Counted from the stretch's first letter, positions 26,597-41,256 are shown. The stretch: DNA of 64,000 nt from Eledone cirrhosa (GCA_964016885.1 OZ024741.1:387004001-387068000), one strand, 5' to 3'. A program made the numbers and translations. Notes: generated from the sequence alone by a model not told the origin.

Positions 26597-26996
26597 AAAG
26601 CCGACCTTACCCAATTACACCTCTCAAAGGCAATGACACACGACCGTGACCTCTGGCGTCACGCAGTAATACAGAGTACCCGACCTCCCATGGGTACAAG
26701 CAGAAGCATATAGACAATATGCCCCCACACTCCCCAGCGCAAGGTGGTCGTGGAGGTGCCACGGCAAAAAAGCACCCAGCCCACACTGTAAAGTGGACGT
26801 GTAGGCGCCACAAAAAAGCACCCAGCACTCACTGTAAATGAGGTTGGTGTTAGGAAGGGCATCCAGCTGTAGAAATCAAGCCAAATCAGTTCCTGTATGA
26901 GCAACGCATGGTCAGCCGACCAGACACTACCCACAACAGGACAACCCGTCTAACCCATGCTGGCGTGGAAGAACGGACGTAAAACGGTGATGATGA
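26597..26996 (+). mobile_element. RTE LINE 3' fragment inserted beside (TA)n
   Basis: [29 protein letters not shown] plus a 3' UTR nearly identical to the reverse complement of 42553-42960; (GAT)n tail. Confidence 0.9.
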
Positions 26997-27640
26997 TATA
27001 TATGTGTGTGTGTGTGTAATAAATGACTAAGTTTAAGAAAGCCAGTTCAATGCTGTAGAAATATATAAAGAGCAAACGATGACAAATAAAACAGAACATA
27101 GTAATTTTTTTTTTTTTTACCCAGTATATTTCAACATGATATTTCAGGCCTCTACCCTCTTGTCAAATATAAAAACAGTCCATACATTTATTATACATCT
27201 CACAATGCTTCATATGAACTATACAACTAAAAAGCAAAGGCAGAGAGAGGTTTGGGGTAGAAAGAATGACAAACTAACAAAAATGATAATCAATGAAAGA
27301 TATAAAGCAGCTGAAGATGATGATAAGGATGTAATTAAGATATCAGGGTTAGTCTAGATTAAAAAGATGACAGCTGCAATGAAAAATGATGTTGGTGGTG
27401 ATGATGATAGAAACTAACTCAACACTAATGATGTCAACAAACACAAGCAATTGGGTGATTCTAATGAATCCCCACTAACTAAATAGAGAAACACACAATC
27501 ACACTTATACCTACATACACATGCACACACTCACATACACACATATACACAATAACACACAGATGCACACCATAACATTCACACACATATATACACACAT
27601 ACATACACATCAATTCAAATAACCATCATCATCATTCTAC

Positions 27641-30600
27641 TGGTGTTGTTGTTGCTATTGCTACTGTTGTTGTTGCTATTGCTACTGTTGTTGTTGCTAT
27701 TGTTACTGTTGTTGTTGTCGCTATTGTTACTGTTGTTGTTGTTGCTATTGCTACTGCTGTTGTTGTTGCTATTGCTACTCTTGTTGTTGCTATTGCTACT
27801 GTTATTGTTGTTGCTGCTATTGTTACTGTTGTTGTTGTTGCTACTGTTGTTGTAGCTATTGCTACTGTTGTTGTTGTTATTGATACTGTTGTTGCTGCTA
27901 TTGATACTGTTGTTGTTGTTACTGGTGTTGTTGTTTCTATTGCTACTCTTGTTGTTGTTGCTATTGCTACTGTTGTTGTTGTTATTGCTACTGTTGTTGT
28001 TGTTTTGCTACTTTTATTGTTGTTGCTATTGCTACTGTTTTTGTTGCTATTGCTACTGTTGTTGTTGTTATTGCTACTGTTATTGTTGTTGCTCGTGCTA
28101 CTGCTGTTGTTGTTGTTATTGCTACTGTTGATGCTGGTGATATTGCTACTGTTGTTGCTATTGCTACTGTTGTTGTTGTTGCTATTGTTACTGTTGTTGT
28201 TGCTGCTATTGTTACTGTCGTTGTTGTTGTTGTTGTTGCAGCTATTGCTACTGTTGTTTTTGTTGTTGTTGCTACTGTTGTTGTTGCCATTGCTACTGTT
28301 GTTGTTGCTGCTATTGTTACTGTCGTTGTTGTTGTTGTTGCAGCTATTGCTACTGTTGTTGCTACTGTTGTTGTTGGTGCTATTGCTACTGTTGTTGTTG
28401 TTGTTATTGCTACTTTTGTTGTTATTGCTATTGCTACTGCTGTTGTTGTTGAAGCTATTGCTACATATGTTGTTGTAGCTATTGCTACTGTTATTGTTGT
28501 TGCTATTGCTACTCTTGTTGTTGCTATTGCTACTCTTGTTGTTTTTATTGCTACTGTTATCGTTGTTGCTATTGCTACTGTTGTTGTTGTAGCAATTGCT
28601 ACTATTGTTGTTGTAGCTATTGCTACTGTTATTGTTGTTGCAATTGCTACTGTTGTTGTTGCTATTGCTACTGTTGTTGTTGTTGTTATTATTGCTGCTG
28701 TTATTGTTGTTGCTATTGGTACTTTTGTTTTTGTTGCTATGGCTACTGTTGTTGTTGCTATTGCTACTTTTGTTGTTGTTGTTGTTGTTGCTATTGCTAC
28801 TATTGTTGTTGTTGCTATTGCTACTATTGTTGTTGCTATTGCTACTGTTGTTGTTGTTGCTGCTATTGCTACTGTTGTTGTTGTTGTTGTTATTGCTACT
28901 GTTATTGTTGTTGCTGTTGCTACTGTTCTTGTTGCAATTGCTACTGTTGATGTTGTTGCTATTGTTACTTTTGTTGTTGTTATTGCTACTGTTGTTGTTG
29001 CTGTTGCCATTGTTACTGTTGTTGTTGTTGTTGTTGTTGATATTGCTAATGTTGTTGTTGTTGCTATTGCTACTCTTGTTGTTGCTATTGCTACTGTTAT
29101 TGTTGTTGCTATTGCTGCTATTGTTGCTATTGTTGCTAATGTTGTTGTTGTTGTTGCTACTGTTGTTGTAGCTATTGCTACTGTTGTTGTTGTTATTGAT
29201 ACTGTTGTTGCTGCTATTGATAATGTTGTTGTTGTTGCTACTGTTGTTGCTGTTGCTATTGCTACTCTTGTTGTTGTTGCTATTGTTGTTGTTGCTATTG
29301 CTACTGTTGTTGTTGTTGTTGTTGTTTCTATTGCTAATTTTGTTGTTGTTGTTGTTATTGCTGCTATTGTTACTGTTGCTATTGCTACTTTTGTTGTTGA
29401 TCCTATTGCTAGTTTTTGTTGCTATTGCTACTGTTGTTGTTGTTGGTATTGCTACTGTTATTGTTGTTGCTATTGCTACTGCTGTTGTTGGTATTGCTAC
29501 TGTTGTTGTTGCAATTGCTACTGTTGATGTTGGTGCTATTGCTACTGTTGTTTTTGATATTGCTACTGTTGTTGTTGCTACTCTTATTGATGCTGCTATT
29601 GCTAGTGTTGTTGTTGTTGCTGTTGCTATTGCTACTGTTGTTGTTGTTATTGCTACTGTTGTTGTTATTGCTACTGTTATTGTTGTTGCTATTGCTACTG
29701 CTGTTGTTGTTGCTATTGCTACTGTTGTTGTTGATATTGCTACTGTTATTGTTGTTGCTATTGCTACTCTTGTTGTTATTGCTATTGTTACTGTTGTTCT
29801 TGTTGTTGCTATTGCTACTCTTGTTGTTGTGGTTATTGCTACTCTTGTTGTTGCTATTGCTACTGTTGTTGTTGTTGCTATTGCTACTTTTGTTGTTGTT
29901 GTTATTGCTGCTATTGCTAATGTTGTTGTTCTTATTGCTACTTTTGTTGTTGTTGCTATTGCTACTGTTGTTGTTGTTTAGCTATTGCTACTGTTGTTGT
30001 TGTTACTATTGCTACTGTTTTTGTTGCTATTGCTACTGTTGTTGCTGTAGCTATTGCTACTGTTGTTGTTGTAGCTATTGCTACTGTTATTGTTGTTGCT
30101 ACTGTTATTGTTGTTGCTATTGCTACTGTTGTTGTTGTTGTTGCTATTGTTACTCTTGTTGTTGTTGCTATTGTTACTGTTGTTGTTGCTATTGCTACTG
30201 TTGTTGTTGTTGCTATTGCTACTCTTTTTGTTGCTATTGCTACTCTTGTTGTTTTTATTGCTACTGTTATTGTTGTTGCTATTGATACTGTTGTTGCAAT
30301 TGCTACTTTTCATGTTGTTGCTATTGTTACTGTGGTTGTTGCTATTGCTATTGTTGTTGTTGTTGTTGCTATTGTTACTGTTGTTGTCGCTATTGTTACT
30401 GTTGTTGTTGTTGTTGCTATTGCTAGAGTTGTTGTTTTTGCTATTGCTACTGTTGTTGTTGCTGCTGCTATTGTTACTGTTGTTGTTGCTACTGTTGTTG
30501 TAGCTATTGCTACTGTTGTTGTTGTTGTTGTTATTGCTACTGTTGTTGTTGCTATTTGTACTGGTGTTGTTGTTGTTATTGCTACTGTTAATTTTGTTGC

Positions 30601-33600
30601 TATTGCTACTACTGTTGTTGTTGTTGTTAGTATTGCTAATGTTGTTGTTGCATTTGCTACTGTTGGTTTTGTTGCTATTGTTACTGTTGTTGTTGCTATT
30701 GTTACTGTTGTTGTTGTAATTGTTACTGTTGTTGTTGTTGCTATTCCTACTCTTATTGTTGCTATTGCTACTGTTTTGTTGTTGTTATTGCTACTGTTAT
30801 TGTTGTTGCTATTGCTACTGTTGTTCTTGTTGCTATTGCTACTGTTTTCGTTGCTAATGCTACTGTTGTTGTTGTTGTTGTTGTTGCTATTGCTACTGTT
30901 GTTGTTGTAGCTATTGTTACTGTTATTGTTGCTGTTACTGTTATTGTTGTTGCTATTGCTACAGTTGTTGTTGCTATTGCTACTGTTGTTTTTGTTGTTG
31001 TTGCTACTGTTGCTGTTGTAGTTGTTGCTATTGCTACGGTTGTTGTTGCAATTGCTACTGTTGTTGTTGCTATTGTTACTGTTGTTGTTGCTATTGTTAC
31101 TGTTGTTGTTGTTGTTCCTATTGCTACTGTTGTTGTTGTTGTTGCTCTTGCTACTCTTGTTGTTGCTATTGCTACTCTTGTTGTTGTTTCTGCTATTGTT
31201 ACTGTTGTTGTTGCTACTGTTGTTGTAGCTATTGCTACTGTTGTTGTTATTATTGCTACTGTTGTTGTTGCTGCTATTGTTACTGTTGTTGTTGTTGTTG
31301 CTATTGCTACTGTTGTTGTTATTGCTACTATTGTTGTTGCTATTGCTACTGTTGTTGTTGTTGTTATTGCTGCTATTGTTTCTGTTGTTGTTGTTGCTAT
31401 TGCTACTGTTGTTATTGTTAGTGCTACTTTTGTTGTTGTTGCTATTGCTACTGTTGTTGTTATTTAGCTATTGCTACTGTTGTTGTTGTTGCCATTGCTA
31501 CTGTTGTTGTTGTTGTTATTGCTACTGTTATTGTTGTTGCTATTGCTACTTCTGTTGTTGTTGGTATTGCTACTGTTGTTGTTGCTATTGCTACTGTTGT
31601 TGTTGCTATTGTCACTGTTGTTGTTGTTGCTATTGCTACTGTTGTTGTTGTTGTTGTTGCTATTTCTATTGCTACTGTTGTTGTTGCTGCTATTGTTACT
31701 GTTGTTGTTGATGCTATTGCTACTGTTGTTGTTGTTGTTATTGCTACTATTGTTCTTGTTGCTATTGCTACTGTTGTTGTTGTTACTTTTGCTACTTTTG
31801 TTGCTGTTGTTATTGCTGCTATGGTTACTGTTGTTGTTGTAGCTATTGCTACTGTTGTTGTTGATGTTGTTGCCAATGTTGTTATTGTTGCTATTGCTAC
31901 TGTTGTTGTTGCTATTGCTACTGTTGTTGTAGCTATTTCTATTGTTCTTGTTGTTATTGCTAGTGTTGTTGTTTTAGCTATTGCTAGCGTTGTTGTTGTA
32001 GCTATTGCTACTGTTATTGCTATTGCTACTGTTATTGTTGTTGCTATTGCTACTGTTATTGTTGCTATTGCTTCTGTTGTTTTTGTTATTGCTTCTGTTG
32101 TTGTTGCTATTGCTACTGTTGTTGTTGTTATTGCTACTGTTGTTGTTATTGCTACTGTTATTGTTGCTGTTGCTATTGCTACTCTTCTTGTTGTTGGTAT
32201 TGCTACTGTTGTTGTTGTTGCTATTGCTACTGTTGATGTTGCAATTGCTATTGTTACTGTTGTTGTTGCTATTGTTACTGTTGTTTTTGTCGCTATTGTT
32301 ACTGTTGTTGATTCTATTGTTACTGTTGTTGTTGTTGCTACTGTTGTTGTAGCTATTGCTACAGTTTTTGTTGTTATTGCTACTGTTTTTGTTGCTGCTA
32401 TTGTTACTGTTGTTGTTGCTACTGATGTTGTTGTTGCTATTGCTACTTTTGTTGTTGTTGTTATTGCTACTATTGTTGTTGTTGCTATTGCTACTGTTGT
32501 TGTTGCTATTGCTACTGTTGTTATTGTTGTAGATATTGCTATTATTGTTGTTGTTACTATTGTTACTGTTGTTGTTGTTGCTCTTGCTACTGTTGTTGTT
32601 GTTGCTGCTATTGTTACTGTTGTTGTTGTTGCTATTGCTACTCTTGTTGTTGCTATTGCTACTGTTGTTGTTGTTATTGCTACTGTTATTGTTGTTGCTG
32701 TTACTACTGTTGTTGTTGCAATTGCTACTGTTGATGTTGTTGTTGCTATTGTTACTGTTACTGTTGTTGTTGCTATTGCTACTGTTGTTGTTGTTGCTAT
32801 TGTTACTGTTGTTGTTGTCGCTATTGTTACTGTTGTTGTTGCTATTGCTAGTGTTGTTGTTATTGCTACTCTTGTTGTTGCTATTCTTACTGTTGTTGTT
32901 GTTGCTACTGTTGTTGTAGCTATTGCTACTGTTGTTGTTGTTGTTATTGCTACTGTTGTTGCTGCTATTGTTACTGTTGTTGTTGCTACTGTTGTTGTTG
33001 TTGCTATTGCTACTGTTGTTGTAGTTGTTATCGCTACTATTGTGGTTGTTGCTATTGCTACTGTTGTTGTTATTGCTACTTTTTTTGTTGTTGTTATTGC
33101 TACTATTTTTACTGTTGTTGTTGTTGCTATTGCTACTGTTGTTGTTATAGCTATTGCTACTGTTGTTGTTGTTGTTATTATTGCTACTGTTGTTGTTGTT
33201 GTTTCAGCTATTGCTACTGTTGATTTTGTTGCTATTGCTACTGTTGTTGTTGCTATTTCTACTGTTGTTGTTATTGCTACTGTTATTGTTGTTGCTATTG
33301 CTACTGCTGTTGTTGTTGCTGGTATTGCTACTGTTGTTGTTGCAATTGCTACTGTTGTTACTGCTATTTTTATCGTTGTTGTTGCTATTGTTACTGTTGT
33401 TGTTGCTGCTATTGTTACTGATTTTGTTGTTGTTGCTACTGTTGGTTTTGTAGCTATTGCTACTGTTGTTGTTTTTGTTGCTATTGCTACTGTTGTTGTT
33501 GTTGTTGCTATTGTTACTGCTGTTGTGGCTATTGTTACTGTTGTTGTTGCTACTGTTGCTATTGCTACTTTTGTTGTTGCTATTGCTACTGCTGTTGTTG

Positions 33601-33995
33601 CTATTGCTACTGTTGTTGTTGTTGTTGTTGCTATTGCTACAATTGTTGTTGTTGTTGCTATTGTCACTGTTGTTGTTGCTATTGCTACTGTTGTTGTTGT
33701 TGCTATTGCTACTCTTGTTGTTGTTGTTGCTATTGCTACTCTTGTTGTTGCTATTGCTACTCTTTTTGTTGTTGTTGCTATTGCTACTTTTGTTGTTGTT
33801 GCTATTGCTACTGTTGTTGTTACTATTGCTACTTTTGTTGTTGCCACCGTTGTTGTTGTTGTTGCTGCTACTATTGCTATTGTTGTTGTTGCTGCTGCTA
33901 TTATTGTTGTTGGTGCTGTTGTTGTTGTTGGAATTGTTACAATTGTTACTGCTGTTGCTATCATAGCTGCACCAGCTGCAGCTGCTGTTACTGCT
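27641..33995. repeat. 6.3-kb cryptic trinucleotide repeat GCT-ATT-GCT-ACT-(GTT)n in an intron
   Basis: Almost pure NNT triplets (GTT, GCT, ATT, ACT) with rare frame slips. Confidence 0.97.
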
Positions 33996-34009
33996 GCATT
34001 ATTACTTAC

Positions 34010-34124
34010 TTAGTCTCATGTGTTCTCCTTCACTGTGATAAATACTGCACTGTGTGGTAGGGTGCAAATATATGCACAACTTTTCGTCATGATCTGTTGG
34101 GGGTGTGTAGAGGAGGTCAACAGG
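34010..34124 (-). CDS. CCDC177: CCDC177-like gene, coding exon 2 (PVDLLYTPPTDHDEKLCIYLHPTTQCSIYHSEGEHMRL)
   Basis: TCTCTGTCATTGCAG|CCTGTT ... CTAA|GTAAGT; 115 nt, phase 0 to 1; continues the family motif VK|PVDLL. Confidence 0.9.
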
Positions 34125-34745
34125 CTGCAATGACAGAGATGGAGCAGAGGAGTTATATGATGTGATGGGGTGGTGTATTGTGGACTAGGGGGCTGGAGTA
34201 CCGTTGTGTTCCTCTATTAGGGAACAATCAGAAATGTTTACAAAACTGTTTATACAAAAACAAAACACACTAATAAAGGGAACAAAAAAGGAAATGAAAA
34301 AGAAAAAAATAATTAAGCAATGAAAGGGAGAAGGGCTGAGACAGACACTGCAGCCCAATCTGAGCAGTGTTTCAGCTGTGCCCCATGGACAAAATGGCAA
34401 AGGTGAAGAATGGCTAAAGACACCCACTGCAACAGCCACCTCCACCTAACAGCGCTTCCTCGTCAAGCAGGCCACCATCTTCTTGATTGGATAGAGAAGT
34501 AGAACAGAGGAGGAGAGTTATATGACATGTGGTGGTGGTGTACATTGTAGACCTTCTAGCTATTCCTTTTCTACATATCGAGCAAGGCTACTTCGAGGAC
34601 CAGACTTTCACCTGCTGAAACCCTTGGCCATATAAAATTCGATGCCTTTCTCTAAAAATACTTGGATAAAAAACTGTTTAATGATTATACAGGATTATTA
34701 TTTTTGTATATTAATGTTAATAATAAAGAAAAAATAAGAGAAATA

Positions 34746-34911
34746 CCGTATTTCCTGGCGCTGAAGACGCTTCATCCTCGAGGACGCACCCTAATTTTGA
34801 CAACCAAAAATTTTGAAAAAATAATAAGTAACCTTCGGTCTCCTGGACGCATGGTAGATTTTTGAGAGTTATTTTAGGAAAAAGTAGCGTCTTCGACACC
34901 GGGAAATATGG
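34746..34911. mobile_element. Tc1/mariner-pogo-type MITE
   Basis: Imperfect TIRs of about 25 bp, CCGTATTTCCTGGCGCTGAAGACGC / GCGTCTTCGACACCGGGAAATATGG, preceded by TA. Confidence 0.7.
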
Positions 34912-35140
34912 TGTATATATACATATATATCCAGGGAGTGTAACAGGGTGTGTAACAAGGAGTGTAACATTACTACCACAGAGGTTCAACGAGCTTTTGA
35001 TTCCAGAGTCGGGCTAGATTGATACAGATCAATACAGATCGAACCTTGAGTTGATCAGTAGCGAAACGTGCATCACCAAACAATAAACGTAATGAAGGAG
35101 TAACCATTCATCCTTGTATTATTATATATATATATACATA

Positions 35141-35222
<82 letters not shown>

Positions 35223-35226
35223 CATA

Positions 35227-35262
<36 letters not shown>

Positions 35263-35266
35263 CATA

Positions 35267-35299
<33 letters not shown>

Positions 35300-35473
35300 T
35301 TTGATGACTTAGTATTAAAGAATAAAAACTAATGTTAAAATAGAAATATATATTTTTTAAATGAGGCCCCCAAGGGTGTGTGGCCCTAAACTATAGCTTT
35401 TCCCTGGTAAATAATCAAACCAGTTTTGCTAAATCATTACCGAATGTTAATCATTATCATCATCTTCATGTTA

Positions 35474-35647
<174 letters not shown>

Positions 35648-36431
35648 CTATAACAGTATGGAGGGGCTGCACTGTTGTATGTATGGTTGTATGGCAGTCT
35701 GTAACAAGCAAAATTCATTAAATTTTGACAGAGTTGGGATTATGTAGAAAGAAGAAAAAGGTTAGTTGAGAATATGAACGTATGGTGGAAAGAGATGACA
35801 CGGGGAGGGAAGAGCTGACATGGGGGTGGGGAAAGAGATGACCCAGTAACAACATAAAGAGGTTTCTGTTTTGTTCTTTTATATATGGTTGTACACTATC
35901 TGTAATGAACATAAACATTGAATTTAGACAAGGTCAAAGATTAGGTAGAAAGAAGGAAAAAGGTTATGGAGAAGTTGAATATGGGGGAGGGGGGGGGGGG
36001 GAAGATAGAGTTTCAGTAACAATATAAAGAGTTTTAGGTAATAGAGAGAGTTTGGTAATGACAGTGGTGGTGATGACAGTTTGATGGTGACAGAGTTTCG
36101 TAACAACAGAGTTAGGTGGTGTCTGGGAAAGTTAGGTGATGATAGTGATAGGTTTGTGTTGACAGATAGAGTTTGGTGAGGTAAAGTGGTTGGTGATAGG
36201 GAGGGCATCCAGCTCTAGAAACCACACCAAAACATACATAAGCTTGACGAGGCTTTTCACCCATCTAAGAAGGCAGTAGCTCCAATCAAACATTGTCTTG
36301 GTCAGTAACAACTGTTGCAATCCATACGAACAATGGATAAATGAAAGGTGGTGTGATGATGATGATATAAATATATGTGTTTATGTGTGTGTGTATGTGT
36401 GTTCATTTATATACATTACGTTTATAATATA

Positions 36432-36556
36432 CTAGACCACCCGCTGGGTCACGTTCACTTTAAAATATTTTTTAAAATCATGTTCACTTTAAAATAATCT
36501 TTAAATAATTAAAATATACAGACATGTATATAATGTGAAATGAAACTGGAAGGCCC

Positions 36557-36594
<38 letters not shown>

Positions 36595-36841
36595 GTATAT
36601 ATATATATATATATATATGGGTGTCTATGATCTATACACACTAGTCATAGACACATACACACATATATATACATACACACACACTCACATATATATATAT
36701 ATATATATGTCTCACCGTTGTTCTAAAAATAATTCTGCTCCTCATGTTCATAATTGTTTGTCTTTCTACAATTCTAAATAATATTCCCGCAACCATTTTG
36801 GCCGAAAAAAAAAAAATTATGCCAGGTTAAATTAGGGATTG

Positions 36842-36874
<33 letters not shown>

Positions 36875-39800
36875 CCTGCTAAAATCGCCTCTCACCCCCT
36901 CACTCTCACTATCATATACGCTGCTCTCACACTCCCCCTCACTCCTTGCCAACCAAATATAAATAAGTCTTGCTACAGGGGACTAAACCCAGAATTTGTC
37001 TCCTATTATTGATGGTCGCTTGTTCAGTTTTCTTCTACGAAATGTAACGTACATATTCATTTCTTATCAACTCTCCACATTCGGTTCATTCATCTATATA
37101 TCTTACAATCCCCCAGAATCAAAAAATCGTATTCAAAATTGGCTTTCTATAATTCTGTTCTGTCTCACCGTTGTTCTAAAAATAATTCTGCTCCTCGCAA
37201 ACTACCCCATACCCCTCCCTCCCGCCGCCACTCTCCACCTTATTATTTGGACCAATCACAAGTAAACGACCTATGCTAGCACTTCAAGTTGCTTTTTCGA
37301 TATGATGGATGAACTAGGGAATTTCTGGAGAGTCAGAAGAATCTGGACACCCGAAGACAATGCAAAAGATAACGACAAATTCACCTCATGCTGCCGGACG
37401 AAAGGGCAAAGCCCCACCCTCTTTGTTGCGGCCGTGGATGGCCAACATAACCCCAACCCCATCAACCACACCCCTCCCTGCACCCCACCCACCAAACGCA
37501 ATCCAAAATTTCAGAGTTGGTACCATGAATGTAGGGACCTTAAAAGGCCGCTCAAACGAGGTTGTAGAAATGCTTGAACGTAAGGAGGTTGATGTCTGCT
37601 GCCTCCAAGAGACCAGGTAGAGGCGCGGGTCTGCTAGATTCATTGTGGGTAAAAAACGATGCTATAAGCTTTTCTGGGTGGGAAATGACAATGGGCTGGG
37701 TGGAGTAGCAATCATGTTAGCAGAAAAATGGGTGGATAAGATAATAGACGTAAATAGAGTAAACGACAGAATAATTAAAATAAGACTTGTCCTCAATAGA
37801 ACTACTGTGACAATAATATCTGCGTACGCACCCCAATCCGGACTGCCTGGCGCTATAAAAGACACTTTCTATGAGACACTGATTCTCACTACCTCCCAAA
37901 TAACCGACAGTGACTATATAATTATTGCTGGCGACCTAAATGGTCACGTTGGACAACATTGTGACGGCTGTGATGAAATCCATGGAGGCTATGGGTTTGG
38001 TACTAGAAATGAGGAAGGCTCCAGAATCCTGGAATTCTGTGACGCAAATAACCTAACAATCTGTAACACTAACTTCAAAAAACGAGACAATCACTTGATC
38101 ACCTACAGATCAGGGGAGCATACCAGCCAGGTAGATTATATCCTTACCAGAAGACATGACAGAGTGACTGTTGTAAACACTAAATCCCTCCCCCATGAAG
38201 AATGCACCTCCCAACATAGACTGATAATTAGCGACCTCATAGTCAGGACGAGACGTACTCGACAGCAGAAGAGGACTATCCTCAGGAGAAAAATATGGAA
38301 GCTAAAGGACCCCACAGCCAGAAATAAATTTCAAAGCATATTACTTGATGCTTTCGACAGTAAGGAAGAGCATTTAGAGTCGTACAATATCGAGGAACAG
38401 TGGGAATTCCTGAAAGCAAACCTGCTGAGGGCGGCAGACGAAGTCTGTGGCCGGAGCAGGCCTATAGGCAGGAGGAGAGTAACATGGTGGTGGAACAGTA
38501 AGGTGGAGGAGTCGATTAAGGCCAAAAAGTAGGCTTGGAAAGTATGGCGGGATGGGGGAAGTAGAGAAGACTATCAAGTGGCCAGGAGGGAAGCTAGGAG
38601 ACAAGTGTACTTCGCAAGAAGGGAAGCAGAGGAAAGAAAGTTCAAGCATGTTCTACAACGCGAGGACCAAAAACGTGAGGTGTTCAGGATTGCTAGGCAA
38701 TGTGTCAAGGAAAACCGTGATATTGTTGGGGAGAAGTGTGTACTAAATGATGATGGCGTACTCGCCATCACTGACGCTGATAAGAAGGTCGCTTGGAAGT
38801 GTCACTACGAGAGGCTACTAAATGAGGAGAATAAATTGGAGAAGGATAGTCTCCCCCAGATCGATCCAATAGAGGGACCAGCAGTGTTAGTTGAAGGTAG
38901 TATAATAAGTAAGGCAATCAAAGATATGAAGACGGGTAAGGCGGCTGGGCCTTCGGAAATAGTTGCTGAGATGCTGAAGGCCTCTGGAACGGTGGGACAC
39001 GCCATGGTCACGCGGATAGTAAACCAAGTCATTCAGAATGGGGTTGTTCCGAAGGACTGGCGTAGCAGCATCATCATTAACTGTTACAAGGGTAAAGGAG
39101 ACGCCCTAGATAGAAGTAACTATAGAGGCATTAAATTAATCGACCAGGTCATGAAGGTCACGGAAAAAGTAATAGTGCAACTAATCAGAGAGAGAATCGA
39201 TCTAGATGAAATGCAGTTCGGGTTTGTGTCAGGCAAAAGTACCACAGACGCTCTTTTCATTGTACGACAACTACAGGAGAAGTACCTAGCTAAAAGTAAA
39301 CCCCTATACTTAGCCTTTGTCGACTTGGAGAAAGCCTTTGACAGAGTCCCCCGTTCCATTATCTGGTGGTCTCTTAGAAAACTAGGTGTTGACAAATGGC
39401 TTGTGAGAGCTATACAAGCCATGTATAAAGAAACAGTCAGCAAGGTTAGAATTAACAACGAATATAGTGAAGAGTTTAGCGTAAAAGTTGGTGTCCATCA
39501 GGGCTCTGTTCTTAGCCCCCTACTATTTATTATTGCTCTTCAGGCTATAACAGAGGAGTTCAAGACCGGCTGCCCATGGGAACTCCTATACGCAGATGAC
39601 CTAACGCTCATAGCTGAATCAATGGCCGAGCTAGAGAAGAAATTCCAAACATGGAAGCACGGCCTAGAATCAAAAGGACTTAAAATTAACCTGGCTAAGA
39701 CTAAAGTTCTAGTTTGTAGGAAAGAAAATAAGGCGCCGGTCCCTTCCGGGAAATGGCCATGCTCAGTGTGTAGGAAAGGCGTAGGTAGAAACTCCATTTT

Positions 39801-41256
39801 ATGTCCCAAATGCAAAGTATGGGTGCATAAAAGATGTAGTGGGATCACAGGTAAGCTAACTAAGAACACAGATTTTACATGTGGCCGGTGCTCTGGTGCA
39901 ATAAGTAGCAGCAAGTGCCCACAAAATACTAGCTCTTTCAACTGCGCAGAGGGTTCTATAGAAATAGTGGACAGCTTCCGTTACCTGGGTGACAAAATCA
40001 GCAGTGGGGGAGGGTGCTCTGAAAGTACAGTAGCTAGAGTCAGAACTGGATGGAAAAAGTTCAGAGAGCTTATACCACTATTAGCCGCTAAAGGGTTCTC
40101 CCTAAAAATGAAAGGCAGGTTGTATGATGCCTGCATACGAACAGCAATGTTGCATGTCAGTGAGACCTGGGCATTGTGTGCAGAGGATATACGCAGACTA
40201 GAGAGGAACGAAGCTTGCATGCTCCGCTGGATGTGTAATAGTAATATACGCGAACGGCAAAGCATAAACGAACTAAGGAAAAAATTAGAAATAAGAGGGA
40301 TCAGATGTTGTTTACTCGAGAGAAGGCTACGTTGGTATGGTCACGTGATGCGCATGAAAGACGACAGCTGTATAGCAAAGTGCAGGGCAATAAAGATAGA
40401 CAGTAGCCACGGAGTAGACAGACCCAGAAAAACCTGGGACGAGCTGATAAATTCAATCCTCACACACTTACACTTCTCCAAGACAATGTCACTGGACCGA
40501 GACCTTTGGCGGTACTCAGTAATAGAGAAGACCCGCCTTATCTAAATACAAAGTAGAACCTACTACAGTCAGTAGGCATCTCTAACAAAATACACCCCCG
40601 TCCCACTACCCCCACCCCATCCACACCGCCCCTTTCAATGTAAAGTTATGTTGGTGCCACAACATCCAGGCCGAAACAAATGAGATCGTGTAGGTGTCAC
40701 GACAAAAAACACACAGTCCACGCTGTAATGTGGCCGTGTAGGTAACACGGTAAAAACCTCCCAGTTCCACACTGTAAATGTGGTTGGTGTTAGGAAGGGC
40801 ATCCAACTGTAGAAAACCCGCCAGACAGTCCTATGCGAGCAAGACAACCACTCTTGCCTCAAGTGGGAAAACTCCCGTCCAAACCCATGCAAGCGTGGAA
40901 CATGGACGTTAAACGATGATGATGATGATGATGATACGCAACACCACCTGCTCTCTTCCATTTTCCTTCTCTGTCTCCTCTCTCTCTCTCTATGTCTCTC
41001 TTTCAATCTACTCTCTCACAACCACTATCTCTTTCTTTCTTTCTTTCTCTCTCTCTCTCTCTGTTTATGAAGGTACCTGAAAAAACCAAATATCTCGGGA
41101 ACCCGTGCTCTGATTTACGCGAGACTTTTATTCCATTTGTATTCCCATTTCAGGGGCAACTTCCTTTCAAAGTATTTTCCCATTATGCACCCTTTTGGCT
41201 GTATTAAATTACAGACAAGCAAGCAAGCAAGCAATCACAGAGTTTTAGTAATATAT
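36432..41256 (-). mobile_element. Probable non-autonomous Helitron split by an RTE insertion
   Basis: Minus-strand 3' end ACCCAGCGGGT-GGTCTAG|T at 36432; 5'-end-like ATATATTACTAAAACTCTGTGA(TTGC)nTTGTCTG at about 41255. Confidence 0.4.
37270..40936 (+). mobile_element. Near full-length RTE-clade LINE, two nonsense mutations
   Basis: APE endonuclease (GTMNVGTL, CCLQETR, SAYAPQ, GDLNGH, SQVDY, SQHR), RT ([30 protein letters not shown]), WYGHV, RPRKTW, (GAT)n tail; TAG at 37618 and 38530. Confidence 0.95.

Noticed and set aside
27643-34013. Poly-Leu, Val/Ala/Ile/Thr and Thr-rich ORFs up to 834 aa
   Set aside because: Triplet-repeat artefacts lying inside an intron defined by in-phase flanking exons.
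35000-35080. GCGAAACGTGCATC as another hammerhead
   Set aside because: No recognisable CUGANGA-like core or stem I; at best a decayed relic.
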